NCBI GenBank assembly: GCA_963734545.1
Contig: CAVTHO010000005.1
Span: 128,001-192,000, forward strand
Direction: 5' to 3'
DNA from: an uncultured Spirochaetota bacterium
Lineage (GTDB): Bacteria; Spirochaetota; Spirochaetia; SZUA-6; Fen-1364
Length of the DNA: 64,000 nt
Below are positions 8,774-19,090 of the stretch, one piece after another. How positions within the stretch are numbered: position 1 is the stretch's first letter; each line of letters starts with the position of its first letter. The notes beneath the pieces are model-generated. The model was given only the letters and a program-made list of their open reading frames with translations. It made no database searches and was not told the origin of the DNA. Both the position numbers and the translations under genes were made by a program.

Positions 8774-10945
8774 TCAAGGCATGATCGTGTACCAATCAAG
8801 CAGGGTCGTGCCATATTGTCCTATGAAAATGAGTTCCCCCGTGATCGTATCCTGCCCAATATCCGTGATATAGCGGTTGCCGCCGATCGTCCAATAGCTG
8901 ACAAGCGCGCCGCCCGAGTAGGATGCGATGGCGAAGTTGGCCGAGTTCTGATAGTCAAAGTGCCACACGACATATGTCCGGCCGGACGCGATCCACCCGG
9001 TCCCGAATGCAAATTTCCAGTAGTTCACGGTGGTGTCGGGAGGTGTGGGCGCAATCGGCGGCGCGGGAGGGACTTCAAGGCCGGCGGCCGAGACAGTCTG
9101 GAAAGCCGGCACCGCAGACGATGGGAGCGTCATGCTCGATGCATAGTCGACTGGTGGATCTCCCATGCCTGCGCTGAATTGAGCAATGACCTTGTAGTAA
9201 TAGGTCACGCTTTGTGAAAGACCGGTGTCCAGCACGCTGTTTGTGGTGGGGGTCAGGACAGCGGGATCAGGGAATGTGGGAGCATAGTCGCGAAGCACTC
9301 TATAGCCGATGGCGCCGGGCACGGCGTTCCAGGATACGAGAATGGAGTTGGTCCAGGTGCCCCTGGCCACTATGCCGAGTGGAAGAGCCGGAAATACGTA
9401 CGTTGCGCTCACTTCCTGGCTGTTCTGGTAGCCCGGCTTCACGGCAAAAGTTCTTATCGTTGTTGAGCCGCCGCTTGGCATGTAGATATGAGGGACGGTG
9501 ACGTAGGAGCCGTATATGGGAGAGCCGGTGTTAGGCGGCGAGCCGTCTGTTGTGTAGTAGATCGTGACAGACCCTGTCGTTGCGTCACTGAGATAGACCG
9601 GCCTTGAACCGGGATAGTTCCCGCTTCCCGGCGAGAAGCTGGGCGGCGCCACCTTGAGGATGTACGTATCAGCCTGCTCAGCGGAATCTGCGAATCCACT
9701 CCTGAACGCGATGGAGCGAATTGTCGAGGCGCTCGTGGTAACCAGGATGGGCACACCATCATAGGCGGGCGAGCTGGAAGTGGGAGGGGTTCCGTTCGTG
9801 GTGTAGCGGACGACCGCGCCGGTGGTTGCAGTACCCAGCGTGACCGTCTGGTCATTGTCGTATGTCCCACCGGCAACCGAACGCGACGGTTTGGCTGCCT
9901 TGAAAGTGTAGGATGCAGTCCGCTCCGGAGAATTGTTCATCCCGGTCTGGGCGGCGATGGCCCGCACGGTCAACGTTCCGGTGCCTTCCGCACCGCCGGC
10001 AAGCGGCACGCTTCCACCGGAGGGCACTGAGGACGACGTACCGGGCACCGGGGTTGTTCCGTTCAGCGTGTACCAGATCGTCGAGCCGGATCCGCTGTCG
10101 ATCCTCACCGAAGTGTCGTTGTCGAAAGTGCCGGACGACGGATTGAATATCGGGTCAGCAAGCCCATCGTACTGCACCGTGTAGGTGACGCCGACCATCC
10201 TGCTCTGGAACATCTCGGCCTTCACGGCCATGGCCCAGATGGTCACGGTGGTCGACGGACCCGTCACCAGGATCGGTCCCGTGTAGGGGGTGCTCAGCTC
10301 GCTCGGCGCCGGCTGAGTGGGGCCGCTCTTTATCACATAGTAGATCGCTGCATTGGAGGTCGTCGTGGAAATCGTCACGCTCTGATCCGTCCGGAAAGGG
10401 GGGCCGGCAGGAGGCGAAAAGGTCGGCGCCGCGGCCTGGGGATACTGCACGTTCACCGTCGCGCACATCACGACGCTCGGCTTCATGTTCGGCCCTATGG
10501 CGGTGGCTTTTACGGCCAGTGACTTTGAACAGTTGTCAGCCGTCGGGGCCGCAATGGCCAGCGTGATCGGCGATCCGGGGACATAGCGGCTGGTGTGCGG
10601 GTCTCGTGGATCCGGAGTGCTGCCGTCGGTTGTGTAGTAGATCACGGAGCCCGGTGTGTCCGTCTGGAGGGTGATCGTGGTGTCGGAGCTCGTAGTCGCC
10701 GCTTCCGTGTCGGAGAGCGTGCCGCTTTCCGCGGAAGAGGAGTAGGTGACGGTGGGGCCTGCCGTCATGCCGGGGCTGGAAGGGTCCACCACGCCCGCGT
10801 TGCCCGCCCACCCTTCGCGCGAATACTGGTAGGGAAGCGGACAGCCGGCGGCCAGGGCCACAACGAGCCCCGCCATCAACAGGCGCATCGCGCGTGGGTG
10901 CCGACCTCGTGCAGGCTGCCCTGCGGTCGACTGCATTTTATCCAT
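8774..10945 (-). CDS. Surface lipoprotein with five chitobiase/Fn3-associated (CHB_HEX_C-type) repeats and an FN3-like domain
   Basis: Lipobox LAAGC; repeats IYYTTDGSTP, IYYVIKSGPT, IWYTLNGTTP, VRYTTNGTPP, IYYTTDGSPP preceded by P.F.P..G motifs; FN3-like VSWNAVPGAIGYRV..DTGL..TYYYKV. Confidence 0.85.
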   Translation of the reverse strand: MDKMQSTAGQPARGRHPRAMRLLMAGLVVALAAGCPLPYQYSREGWAGNAGVVDPSSPGMTAGPTVTYSSSAESGTLSDTEAATTSSDTTITLQTDTPGSVIYYTTDGSTPDPRDPHTSRYVPGSPITLAIAAPTADNCSKSLAVKATAIGPNMKPSVVMCATVNVQYPQAAAPTFSPPAGPPFRTDQSVTISTTTSNAAIYYVIKSGPTQPAPSELSTPYTGPILVTGPSTTVTIWAMAVKAEMFQSRMVGVTYTVQYDGLADPIFNPSSGTFDNDTSVRIDSGSGSTIWYTLNGTTPVPGTSSSVPSGGSVPLAGGAEGTGTLTVRAIAAQTGMNNSPERTASYTFKAAKPSRSVAGGTYDNDQTVTLGTATTGAVVRYTTNGTPPTSSSPAYDGVPILVTTSASTIRSIAFRSGFADSAEQADTYILKVAPPSFSPGSGNYPGSRPVYLSDATTGSVTIYYTTDGSPPNTGSPIYGSYVTVPHIYMPSGGSTTIRTFAVKPGYQNSQEVSATYVFPALPLGIVARGTWTNSILVSWNAVPGAIGYRVLRDYAPTFPDPAVLTPTTNSVLDTGLSQSVTYYYKVIAQFSAGMGDPPVDYASSMTLPSSAVPAFQTVSAAGLEVPPAPPIAPTPPDTTVNYWKFAFGTGWIASGRTYVVWHFDYQNSANFAIASYSGGALVSYWTIGGNRYITDIGQDTITGELIFIGQYGTTLLDWYTIMP

Positions 10946-11045
10946 TCACTTTCTCCTGGTATCGAGTCTATCTCACGCATCACCTCCTTTCAACCCGCTG
11001 ACAGAACCGGTCCGTGTGTGCTACTATGTGCAGAGGAGTACAGGG

Positions 11046-12704
11046 GTGAGAATCCGAACAAAGATCGTCGCTATCGTTCTCCCGCTCCTTGTGGCCGGCC
11101 TCGTCATCGGGGGCATCTCGGCGTCTTCCCTGGCAAGAAACTCAATCACGCGCGTCATCGTCAGGTTCATGAATTTCAAGACGGACCAGCTTGCACAGTA
11201 CATGGACAGCCAGTGGAGGATTCTCGTGGAGAACCAGATGAGCGCGCGCCAGGACATGGTGCAGGCCGCGCAGGCGGGCGTGGAGGCCTACGCGCGCAGC
11301 CTTCTCCTGAGCGACACGGAGCTCGTCTTCGCGCTCGACGCCAATGGAAATGTGGTGATGGCCACGGGCAAGATTTCCCCGACGGAAGAGGAGAAGAAAG
11401 CCCTCCTGGCCACCGCCCTGCCGGGTGACAGGACGCTTGCCACGGTCAAGATCGAGGGGACGGAGCGGGTGGCAAGCCGCTTCGCGTTCGAGCCCTTCGG
11501 CTGGACCGTTTTCACGACCGAATCCCGCTCGGTCTTCTACAGCGACGTAGCCCGCATCACCTACCAGACCCTCATCCTGATAGTCGGCGCCTGTCTCGTC
11601 GCGGTCGTGCTGCTCTTCTTCTTCGTGCGGCACTTGACCGGCCCCCTCTCCCGCACGGCGGGAACGATGAAGCAGATCATCTCCTCGAACGATCTGACGG
11701 CCCGGGTTCTCGTTGACTACAGGGACGAGATCGGCGAAATGTCCCAGACATTCAATGTCATGATCGGAGAGCTGGAGAAGGCGTACGGGCGCATCAAGGG
11801 GTTCGCCCTCCAGGCGGTCGTCTCCCAGAAGAAAGAGTCGAAGATCCGCCACATCTTCCAGAAGTATGTCCCGCAGGAGCTCATCGACAAGCTGTTTGCC
11901 AATCCCGAGTCGATGCTCGTGGGGGAAAACCGCGTTCTGTCCATCCTCTTCTCCGACATCCGCAGCTTCACCACCATATCGGAAGGGATGAAGCCCGACG
12001 TCCTCGTGGCCGCCCTCAACCGTTACTTCCGCATCATGGTGGACATCATCATGAACCGGGGCGGGATCATCGACAAGTATATCGGGGACGCCATCATGGC
12101 GTTCTTCGGCGCGCCGGTCCAGCACGAGGATGATGCCCTGCAGTCCGTGCTTGCCGGCATCGAGATGCTGGATGGCCTGGAGGTCTTCAACGAAGGCCAG
12201 AGGAGTCTCGGCGAGCCGGAGTTCCACATCGGGGTGGGCGTCAACTATGGAGAAGTGACGGTCGGCAACATCGGCACCGACAAGAAAATGGACTACACGG
12301 TGATCGGGGACATGGTGAACGTTGCCTCCCGGCTGGAGGGGCTGACCAAGCGCTACCACCAGCCGCTTCTCATCACCGAGATGCTGCGGGAGAAGGTGGA
12401 CGGGGCGGTGCTCGCACGGACAGTGGACTCGGTGGCGGTCAAGGGCCGCCACGGCGGCATCCGCATCTACGGCGTGCGCAAGGATCCCTCCGAACAGGAG
12501 GAGAAGGCCATCCGGCTGCACAACGAATCCATGGAGCTCTATTACCAGCGGCAATTCGAGGAGGCTGCAAAGGGATTCCGCAAGGTGGAGAAGCTCCTGC
12601 CGGAGGACTACCTGGCGCAGGAGTTCGTGAAACGCTGCAAGCGGATGGCGGCAGACCCCCCGGGCCCGGACTGGGACGGCGTGGAGATCATGGAGACCAA
12701 GTAG
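11046..12704 (+). CDS. Membrane class III adenylate/guanylate cyclase (sensor domain-HAMP-cyclase-TPR-like tail)
   Basis: LFSDIRSFT, IDKYIGDAIMAFFGAP, GNIG..KMDYTVIGDMVNVASRLE, WDGV terminus; AGGAG RBS before GTG 11046. Confidence 0.93.
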   Translation: MRIRTKIVAIVLPLLVAGLVIGGISASSLARNSITRVIVRFMNFKTDQLAQYMDSQWRILVENQMSARQDMVQAAQAGVEAYARSLLLSDTELVFALDANGNVVMATGKISPTEEEKKALLATALPGDRTLATVKIEGTERVASRFAFEPFGWTVFTTESRSVFYSDVARITYQTLILIVGACLVAVVLLFFFVRHLTGPLSRTAGTMKQIISSNDLTARVLVDYRDEIGEMSQTFNVMIGELEKAYGRIKGFALQAVVSQKKESKIRHIFQKYVPQELIDKLFANPESMLVGENRVLSILFSDIRSFTTISEGMKPDVLVAALNRYFRIMVDIIMNRGGIIDKYIGDAIMAFFGAPVQHEDDALQSVLAGIEMLDGLEVFNEGQRSLGEPEFHIGVGVNYGEVTVGNIGTDKKMDYTVIGDMVNVASRLEGLTKRYHQPLLITEMLREKVDGAVLARTVDSVAVKGRHGGIRIYGVRKDPSEQEEKAIRLHNESMELYYQRQFEEAAKGFRKVEKLLPEDYLAQEFVKRCKRMAADPPGPDWDGVEIMETK

Positions 12705-12713
12705 GGCAGGACA

Positions 12714-13914
12714 ATGCGGCGCCGATTGTTGCTCCTCCTGCTCATCCTCCTTCCCACGCTGCTCTTTGCGGCCGAGCCCGGCCGCAAGGCCGCCCTTCTC
12801 ATGGCCCCCCTGAGCGCGGCTGCCCGGGATCCCCTCGTAGAGGACATTCTCGCCTCCGAGCTCACCACTGTGCTGCAGAACGCCGGGCTCACCGTGTCCT
12901 CCGGCCGGCTCGCGGTCCCCAAGGGCGCCGATCAGCCGCAGCTGCCCCAGGAAGAGCGCATCTCCTATCTCCTGCGCGGTGTCGATGCCACCGGGCAACG
13001 ACGTGATAGTGGCGGCGTTCTATCTGGCCCAGGGGGAGGAGCTGATCATCCAGTTCGCCCTGTACGACCCAGCCGTTCACACGATGCTGGGCGGCGTGCT
13101 GACACGGGCGCGCAAGGGCCTCACCCTGTTTGCCAGCGTCACGGCTGCGGTTGCGGACTTTGGCCCGGCAATCAAGCGCTACGTGGAGGGCGGGTATCGT
13201 GTGGAGCCGCCGAGCGGCATCGTGGAACGGATCACCGTCTCGGGACCGCCGGAAGGCAGTCGCGTGACCTTTGTGGACCGTGAGGTCGGGACCGTATCCG
13301 GTGGAAGCCTCGTGGTCCCCTACACCCAGTTCGAGATCGGGACCACGATACCCGTGAGGGTCCAGAAGGAGGGCTATCACAGCTTCGAGGGGGCCTACCC
13401 GCTCATGACACCCCAGGTGGAATTGCGGCTCCCCGCACTGCGCCGTGAGACCCGTTTCGATGCGCAGCTGGTCTGGAGCTTCGGCCTGGCAACCGGCTTC
13501 GGCTTCGGCGGGAGAGTCCACCTGGTGCCGGATGCCCTGTTCGTCGGCTTCGAACACTACCGGACAGTACAGCCGGGCACATTGTGGGGCACGCCGGTCC
13601 GGCACTACGATACAAACGTCCAGATCGGGGAGTACGTTATCTTCCCGTACACGTCGATCATCCGCGTCCATCTTGCGCTGGGAGCCGGGGTTATTGTCAC
13701 GGACGTGGCGAACCTGCAGGGCAGGGACTACACGGACTTCTACATCCTGGCCGGCGATCCCACCGCGGAGCTCACACTCGGCCCGGTGAAGATTTTCCTC
13801 CGGCCGGATCTCCATTACGCGCTCGGGATGGGCTACAATCTGCTGGGGAGGGCCTGGATCCGCACGCCGTACGGATTGCCGCCGCTCACCCTGGGAGTCC
13901 GCTATTCATGGTGA
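12714..13914 (+). CDS. Secreted/outer-membrane protein (PEGA-like middle, beta-barrel-like C-terminus), frameshift near 12985
   Basis: Signal peptide in ORF 12714, continuation in ORF 12979; RVQKEGY PEGA-like motif; ends LGVRYSW. Confidence 0.7.
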
Positions 13915-14981
13915 GAAAGCCCGGCTTCCCGATACTGGCTCTGATTGCCGCGCTCGGTCTTGCCTCCTGTGAGATCTTCACCGTCACGCCCTTTCCCGAT
14001 TTCGTGAGCAAGACCGACATATCGATTGACCTGAGCCACGAGATCAACGCAATCGTCGGAAGAGAGACCAATATCTCCTACCAGCTCACCGTGGTGGACA
14101 GCGCCGCGCTGCCGCCCCGGGTGCTCCTGCTCGTCGAGCCGCCGTCGAGCGACCCGGACGTCGGCTTCAACTACAAGGGCCAGCTCATCTTCATGGATCA
14201 GGACCTCAACGTAAGAGGCCGGGCGCGCACCGGCTCGTCGCTCGACTACTTCAGCAAGCCCTTCGGGTATGCGCACGACGGCAATGTGCTGGCAGGGTAT
14301 ACGGTCCTCACGAATGACGGGGGAACCACGCCGGTCGGGACCCTCTCACCGCCTCCGGGCCTGGAGGGGTTTGTTCTCACCAACGGGATTGAAACCGATA
14401 TTTTCGCAACGCCGTCGGGCAAATATGCGTCCTTCGACCTCTCGTACATCGGCTACCAGCTTGCCGGTTGGGGAAATGTCCTGAGCGCCGGCACGCTCCC
14501 CATCCTGCCTCCTGCGGCACGGCCTTCCCCCACGGATCCGAACTACGCAAACCTCGGCTACCAGCTCATAGGGTTGGCATACAACAGCGCGAGCCAGGAG
14601 ATCGTGTTCGTCCTGTCTGAACCTTCTGCGGGCCGCATCGTGGCGGCGCGCCGCGACCGGGCCACCGCGACAGACGGCCTTGGCGTGTCCCTCGTGTCTT
14701 CGGCATCAAGCTGGCCGGTGTCCATCGACGTGGACAGGCCCGCCCTCTTTGCCGATGTGGACGGCTTTTTCCTGGTGCGGCGCGATGGCTGGATGGAACG
14801 CTATGCATGGAACGCTTCGGGCCTTCCCCTCGCGCTGGTCGGCAGCCCGGTCAAAATCGTCGGGGACAAGTCCTTGAGCCGCCGGTACGCTTTCCTGGTT
14901 CCGCAAACGGGTGGACCTTCCTACATGTACCGCTTCGATCCCAGCTCGCGGGTCCTGACCCGGTACCGGAGGTGGTGGTAG
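13908..14981 (+). CDS. Hypothetical lipoprotein
   Basis: MVRKPGFPILALIAALGLASC lipobox; overlaps both neighbours. Confidence 0.8.
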   Translation: MVRKPGFPILALIAALGLASCEIFTVTPFPDFVSKTDISIDLSHEINAIVGRETNISYQLTVVDSAALPPRVLLLVEPPSSDPDVGFNYKGQLIFMDQDLNVRGRARTGSSLDYFSKPFGYAHDGNVLAGYTVLTNDGGTTPVGTLSPPPGLEGFVLTNGIETDIFATPSGKYASFDLSYIGYQLAGWGNVLSAGTLPILPPAARPSPTDPNYANLGYQLIGLAYNSASQEIVFVLSEPSAGRIVAARRDRATATDGLGVSLVSSASSWPVSIDVDRPALFADVDGFFLVRRDGWMERYAWNASGLPLALVGSPVKIVGDKSLSRRYAFLVPQTGGPSYMYRFDPSSRVLTRYRRWW

Positions 14982-16351
14982 TGCGTGCCGCGTGGCAGAT
15001 CCTGGCCCTCGCTCTGCTCATTCTCGGCGCTGCGGCGGCCGGCGCCCAGGATGCGGCACAGCCTCCCGCTGCGCCGGAGGGCACGCAGGCCCCTGGTGCT
15101 GCCCCGGAGGCTGCGCCGACACCTCCCGCGCAGGATGGCACGCAGGCCCCTGCGGCCCCGGAGGCCGCGCCGACACCCGCCCAGGCAACAGGCTCGTTCG
15201 GCAGGCCGCGCTTCATGGTCTATCTGTTCGAGGCGGAACAGGACACGCTCTCGGCCGAGGAGCAGTTCATCCTGTACAACTCGATTCTCGCCGCGGCCGC
15301 CGAAGCCAACCCGGACGTGGTCATCCTCGAGTCCCCCGACCAGAGCGTTCCGCGGACAAAGGAGGGCAAGGAGGAGCTGGCGCAGCGGGTGAAAGCCGAC
15401 AGCTGGCTTTCCGTCGTGGCCAGCGGCGGCTACGGCAACCTCACGATACAAGCCGAGACATTCGACATCCTGCGCCAGGAAACCTTCGGCCAGGAGATCA
15501 TCCGGCCGGGATTCGTCGTGGATTTCAGAACGATCTCGCGTGGTTTCTGGAACGGGATCGTCACGGCCATCCGCACCTCGTACAGCCGCGTCGTGGACCT
15601 TTCCACGCTGACGGTGCACGGACAGCCGGGCTCCGAGCTGGCCGGTGTCCCCGGCGGCCCGTACCACATCGACAAGACGGGCACCCTGGTGCAGAAGATT
15701 CCCTACCCGTCGTCCTTCCAGATGCGCGCGCGGGTGCCCGGCTACTATGACGTCCAGCGGCCGCTCTCCCTCGGGATCGATCCCCTCGAGGTGGACCTGG
15801 GACAGGTAAAAAAGCCCCGGTTCGGCGCGGAGGTGCGGCTGAGCAGCTTCCAGTTCCCCGGGGTCCGGTTCTGGGTTTTCATTCTCCCCGCGGAAGTGTT
15901 CGTCCGGCTCGGCCTCACCACGCAGCTCTTCGGTCTCTACCCCATCGACAATGCGGCGAATGTCCTGGTCGTCGGCGCCCCTCTCAGCTTTCTCGAGCTC
16001 GACGCCGGTTTGTTCATATCCCCCGCGGAGAATCTGTTGAGGTTCTTCGTCGGGGCGGGGGGCTACCTCCGATTCTCCCATCCGCCCGCGCCGGGCTTCC
16101 ATATCGACAGCGAGGCTGCTCCGGGAGCGATCACCCTGAGCCTCGGCGGTGAATACTCCCCCTCGAGGCGGCTCCGGTTCGTTTTCGAATACGAGCCGGC
16201 TTTCATCCTTGCCTCGAATCCGCAGCAGTTCATCAATCTGACATTTGTCGCGAACAGTTTTCCCAGCGGCAAAGTCCCCGGCTACGTCGTCCTTCCCTGG
16301 GGTCTGTTCGACTTTCGGAATTTCTACCTCGGCTTGCGGATCGATTTCTAG
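14981..16351 (+). CDS. Secreted/outer-membrane protein with Pro/Ala linker, similar to 12714 protein
   Basis: GTG overlapping the upstream TAG; signal peptide; RVPGYYD PEGA-like motif; ends YLGLRIDF. Confidence 0.75.
   Translation: MRAAWQILALALLILGAAAAGAQDAAQPPAAPEGTQAPGAAPEAAPTPPAQDGTQAPAAPEAAPTPAQATGSFGRPRFMVYLFEAEQDTLSAEEQFILYNSILAAAAEANPDVVILESPDQSVPRTKEGKEELAQRVKADSWLSVVASGGYGNLTIQAETFDILRQETFGQEIIRPGFVVDFRTISRGFWNGIVTAIRTSYSRVVDLSTLTVHGQPGSELAGVPGGPYHIDKTGTLVQKIPYPSSFQMRARVPGYYDVQRPLSLGIDPLEVDLGQVKKPRFGAEVRLSSFQFPGVRFWVFILPAEVFVRLGLTTQLFGLYPIDNAANVLVVGAPLSFLELDAGLFISPAENLLRFFVGAGGYLRFSHPPAPGFHIDSEAAPGAITLSLGGEYSPSRRLRFVFEYEPAFILASNPQQFINLTFVANSFPSGKVPGYVVLPWGLFDFRNFYLGLRIDF
15043..15185 (+). 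repeat. Intragenic imperfect tandem repeat encoding a Pro/Ala linker
   Basis: GTQAP(G)AAPEAAPTP occurs twice; ggcacgcaggcccctg and ccccggaggc duplicated. Confidence 0.7.
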
Positions 16352-16378
16352 AAGCGCCGGCGGGGCACCCGCCTGCGG

Positions 16379-18526
16379 TTATTGCGGGGCGGCCTCCGCC
16401 CGGGCAAGAACGCCGTCGATCGCCGTCAGGATGGCCTTGAGCCGCTCGTTGCTCCCCGCATTTTCCATCTCGAATTGCAGAAGCTGCCGGGCCGCCTTTG
16501 GGGAGGGCTGCTTGGCAACACTCTCCAGGATCTGCTGCGCATCGGCGAGGGCGGCGGAAGAACCCGCGGTCTGTGTCGCGGCATAGAGAGCATTGACCCG
16601 CTCGGCGACGTCGGAGAAGAGCCGCCTCACCGAGTCGTCCCGCAGGAACTTGTTCAGCTCCTGCCGGGAAGCGGTGGTGGGGTCCTGGGGGTTCGACTGC
16701 CGGGCGGTCTTTTCCTGCTCCACGTATCGGGCATAGGTGGCGCGTGCCTGGTTGACCTGCCCCTCGAAGACGAGGAGCGCGTCGAGGCGCTTGTTGAGGT
16801 CCTGGCGGGTCGTGTTCACCCGGGCCGCCAGCGCGTCCAGCTCGGCCACGCGCTGCGTGCCGGCCTGGGCCTTTTCCGCCTGCAGCTGCGTGATCTGCGA
16901 CTCGGCATCGGCAAGCTGCTTCTTCAGCTCATCTCCCTGGCTTGTGATGGCGTCCGTCACCTGCTGGTCGGCCGCGGGGCCGGCGGCACCCCGCAGGAAC
17001 GCCTGGCGCTCGGCGGCGAGGTTGAGTCCTGCCTGCGCAGCCAGCGCATCCGTCCCCGCGCTCTTCCGTCCCGTGCGCGTGTATTCCGACATGCTGTAGC
17101 CGAGGACGAGCAGATCGGAGAGCAGCCGCGCCGTGTCCGGCTGGATCGATGGGGAGACATTCAAGGCAGCCTTGTAGCGGGCAAGGGCACCCGCGTAGTC
17201 GCCGGCCTTTACCAGCGCGACCGCGGCCTTCGTGTTTTCCTCGGTTTGATCGCGGAGCTGCTTCTGGAGATCCGCCACCGCGGCATCAACGAGCGCGGCC
17301 GATGCTGTCTGCACCTCCGGCATGGCGCCAACGAGCTCACGGTACAGGTCGAGCCGCGCGGGCCCCGCCTGGCCTGCGGATGCCTGCTGGGAAAGGCTTC
17401 TCATCCTGCTGAGAAGCTCCAGGTCCGCGGTGAGCGTTTTTTCACCTGCAGCGGCCTGCGCCTTCAGGCGGTCTTCGAGCATCGTCCCGAGCTGGTTGAG
17501 CAGAAACACCTCCGTGCGCACCCGGTCGGCGAGCTGGGGCACCGCGCGGACGCTTCCCTGCTGGAGATAGGCCTGGAGTGAACGGACCTGCGAGAGGGCC
17601 GCTTCCAGGTCCGCCGTTCCCAATGCGTCACGGATCCGCGCGACCTGGCCTTCGATCTGGTTCTCGACGGCCTGCACCTGCTCCTGCTTGCTGGTCAGCC
17701 CGGCCAGCTCGCGCTGCGCCGCCTCGAGGTTGACCGAGGTCTGCGCCCGCAGACGGTCGAGCACCTGGGTCTTCTGCTGGAGCTGGACCTGCAGCGTCAC
17801 TTCGCGTTTCTGGTAGTCCGAGACGATCTGCTTCCGCTCCTGCTCGAGCTGCTGCAGCCGGGTCCCATATTCCGTGCGCAGACGGGTGATGTCCGCCTGG
17901 AGCTGCGCGCGCTCCGCTTCGAGCTGCTTGCGGTATTGCGCGAGCTGGCGCTCGTAGTACGCCTTGCGCTCGGCCTCGAACTTGGCCATGCGCGCTTCGA
18001 TGTCGTCCTTGCGGATCCCCTCGGAGGTGAGGCGGGCCCGTTCGACGTCGACATCCTGCTTCAGCTGCTGGCGCAGCTCGTCTTCCCTCTGCTTCAGCTT
18101 CCGGGTGAAATTCTCCTCAAGGGTTCTCTGCTCTCCCTCGAGCTCGCGGACCTTGGTCTTGATCTCCTCGATCTCCTTCTCCTTGGAGGTGAGGAGCTGC
18201 CGGGATTCCTGGCGGAGCTCACGAATGAGCTTTCCTTCGATGCTCGCATACTGGGTGACCTGGTTCTGCACGTGACGCTCGTCACGCCGGAAGACGACGC
18301 TCAAGATGAGTATGGCGGCCGCGACGGCCACCAGGGCTGCCGCGTTGACGATAGAGGGAAGGAGCACGCCCCGTCGGGCGGACTCGAGGGAGAATTGCGC
18401 CGCTTCCACGGGGATCCGGTTCTCCGTGGCCACCTTCTCGATGTGCGAACGGATCTCTTCGCGTTCGGGGGCGCTGATGCCCGCTTCATTTTCCAGGGTC
18501 GGAAAGTCCTGCTCGTTTTCGGCCAT
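16379..18526 (-). CDS. Membrane-anchored long coiled-coil protein (about 715 aa)
   Basis: Start MAENEQD after GAGGAG; single TM near residues 60-85; extensive E/K/Q/L heptads. Confidence 0.8.
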   Translation of the reverse strand: MAENEQDFPTLENEAGISAPEREEIRSHIEKVATENRIPVEAAQFSLESARRGVLLPSIVNAAALVAVAAAILILSVVFRRDERHVQNQVTQYASIEGKLIRELRQESRQLLTSKEKEIEEIKTKVRELEGEQRTLEENFTRKLKQREDELRQQLKQDVDVERARLTSEGIRKDDIEARMAKFEAERKAYYERQLAQYRKQLEAERAQLQADITRLRTEYGTRLQQLEQERKQIVSDYQKREVTLQVQLQQKTQVLDRLRAQTSVNLEAAQRELAGLTSKQEQVQAVENQIEGQVARIRDALGTADLEAALSQVRSLQAYLQQGSVRAVPQLADRVRTEVFLLNQLGTMLEDRLKAQAAAGEKTLTADLELLSRMRSLSQQASAGQAGPARLDLYRELVGAMPEVQTASAALVDAAVADLQKQLRDQTEENTKAAVALVKAGDYAGALARYKAALNVSPSIQPDTARLLSDLLVLGYSMSEYTRTGRKSAGTDALAAQAGLNLAAERQAFLRGAAGPAADQQVTDAITSQGDELKKQLADAESQITQLQAEKAQAGTQRVAELDALAARVNTTRQDLNKRLDALLVFEGQVNQARATYARYVEQEKTARQSNPQDPTTASRQELNKFLRDDSVRRLFSDVAERVNALYAATQTAGSSAALADAQQILESVAKQPSPKAARQLLQFEMENAGSNERLKAILTAIDGVLARAEAAPQ

Positions 18527-18634
18527 CCCGCGTCCCATCCCCCTCCTCTCCTTTGTACCCCAATCTGTCGGGAGAGTCAAATCGACTTTGCGCGGTTGTG
18601 AAATACGCCCGGAAAGGGTAAACTCTCGCCTGAC

Positions 18635-19090
18635 ATGAGGCGCGTCTGGCTCGCTATCATTGCACTGCTGTGTCTTGGCGCCGTGAACCTTCAGGCCCAG
18701 TATGGTCTCGTCCTCCACACCGCGGTGAGCGAAGACCGCCTGAGCGTGGGAGCGTCGATCCGCCTGCTCGGCGTTGCAGCCGGCAGCCTGCGGCCGGAAA
18801 TCGGCGCGGAAGAAGCGCGGGCAACTCTCACGCGGCTTGGCATCAAGCTGCCCAGGGATTCCGATGACAGTCCCATCACCTTCGGCAACTTCGCCTTTCT
18901 GCTCTGCCAGCTCTTCGACCTTCGGGGCGGCGTGATGTACGGGTTGTTCCCGGGGCCCCGCGCCGCTTTCAATGAGCTTGTGGTCCGGGGCCTGCTGCCG
19001 GCACATGCCCGGCCGGGTGCCCCGATCAGCGGGCCGGACGCCCTGCTCGTGCTGCGCCGTTTCATTCAGCCCCGTGGAGAAAGCCAGTGA
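18635..19090 (+). CDS. Hypothetical exported protein
   Basis: Signal peptide; PITFGNFAFL..GGVMYGLFPGPRAAFNEL..ISGPDAL segment resembles a spirochaetal conserved hypothetical family (from recall, unverified). Confidence 0.75.
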   Translation: MRRVWLAIIALLCLGAVNLQAQYGLVLHTAVSEDRLSVGASIRLLGVAAGSLRPEIGAEEARATLTRLGIKLPRDSDDSPITFGNFAFLLCQLFDLRGGVMYGLFPGPRAAFNELVVRGLLPAHARPGAPISGPDALLVLRRFIQPRGESQ

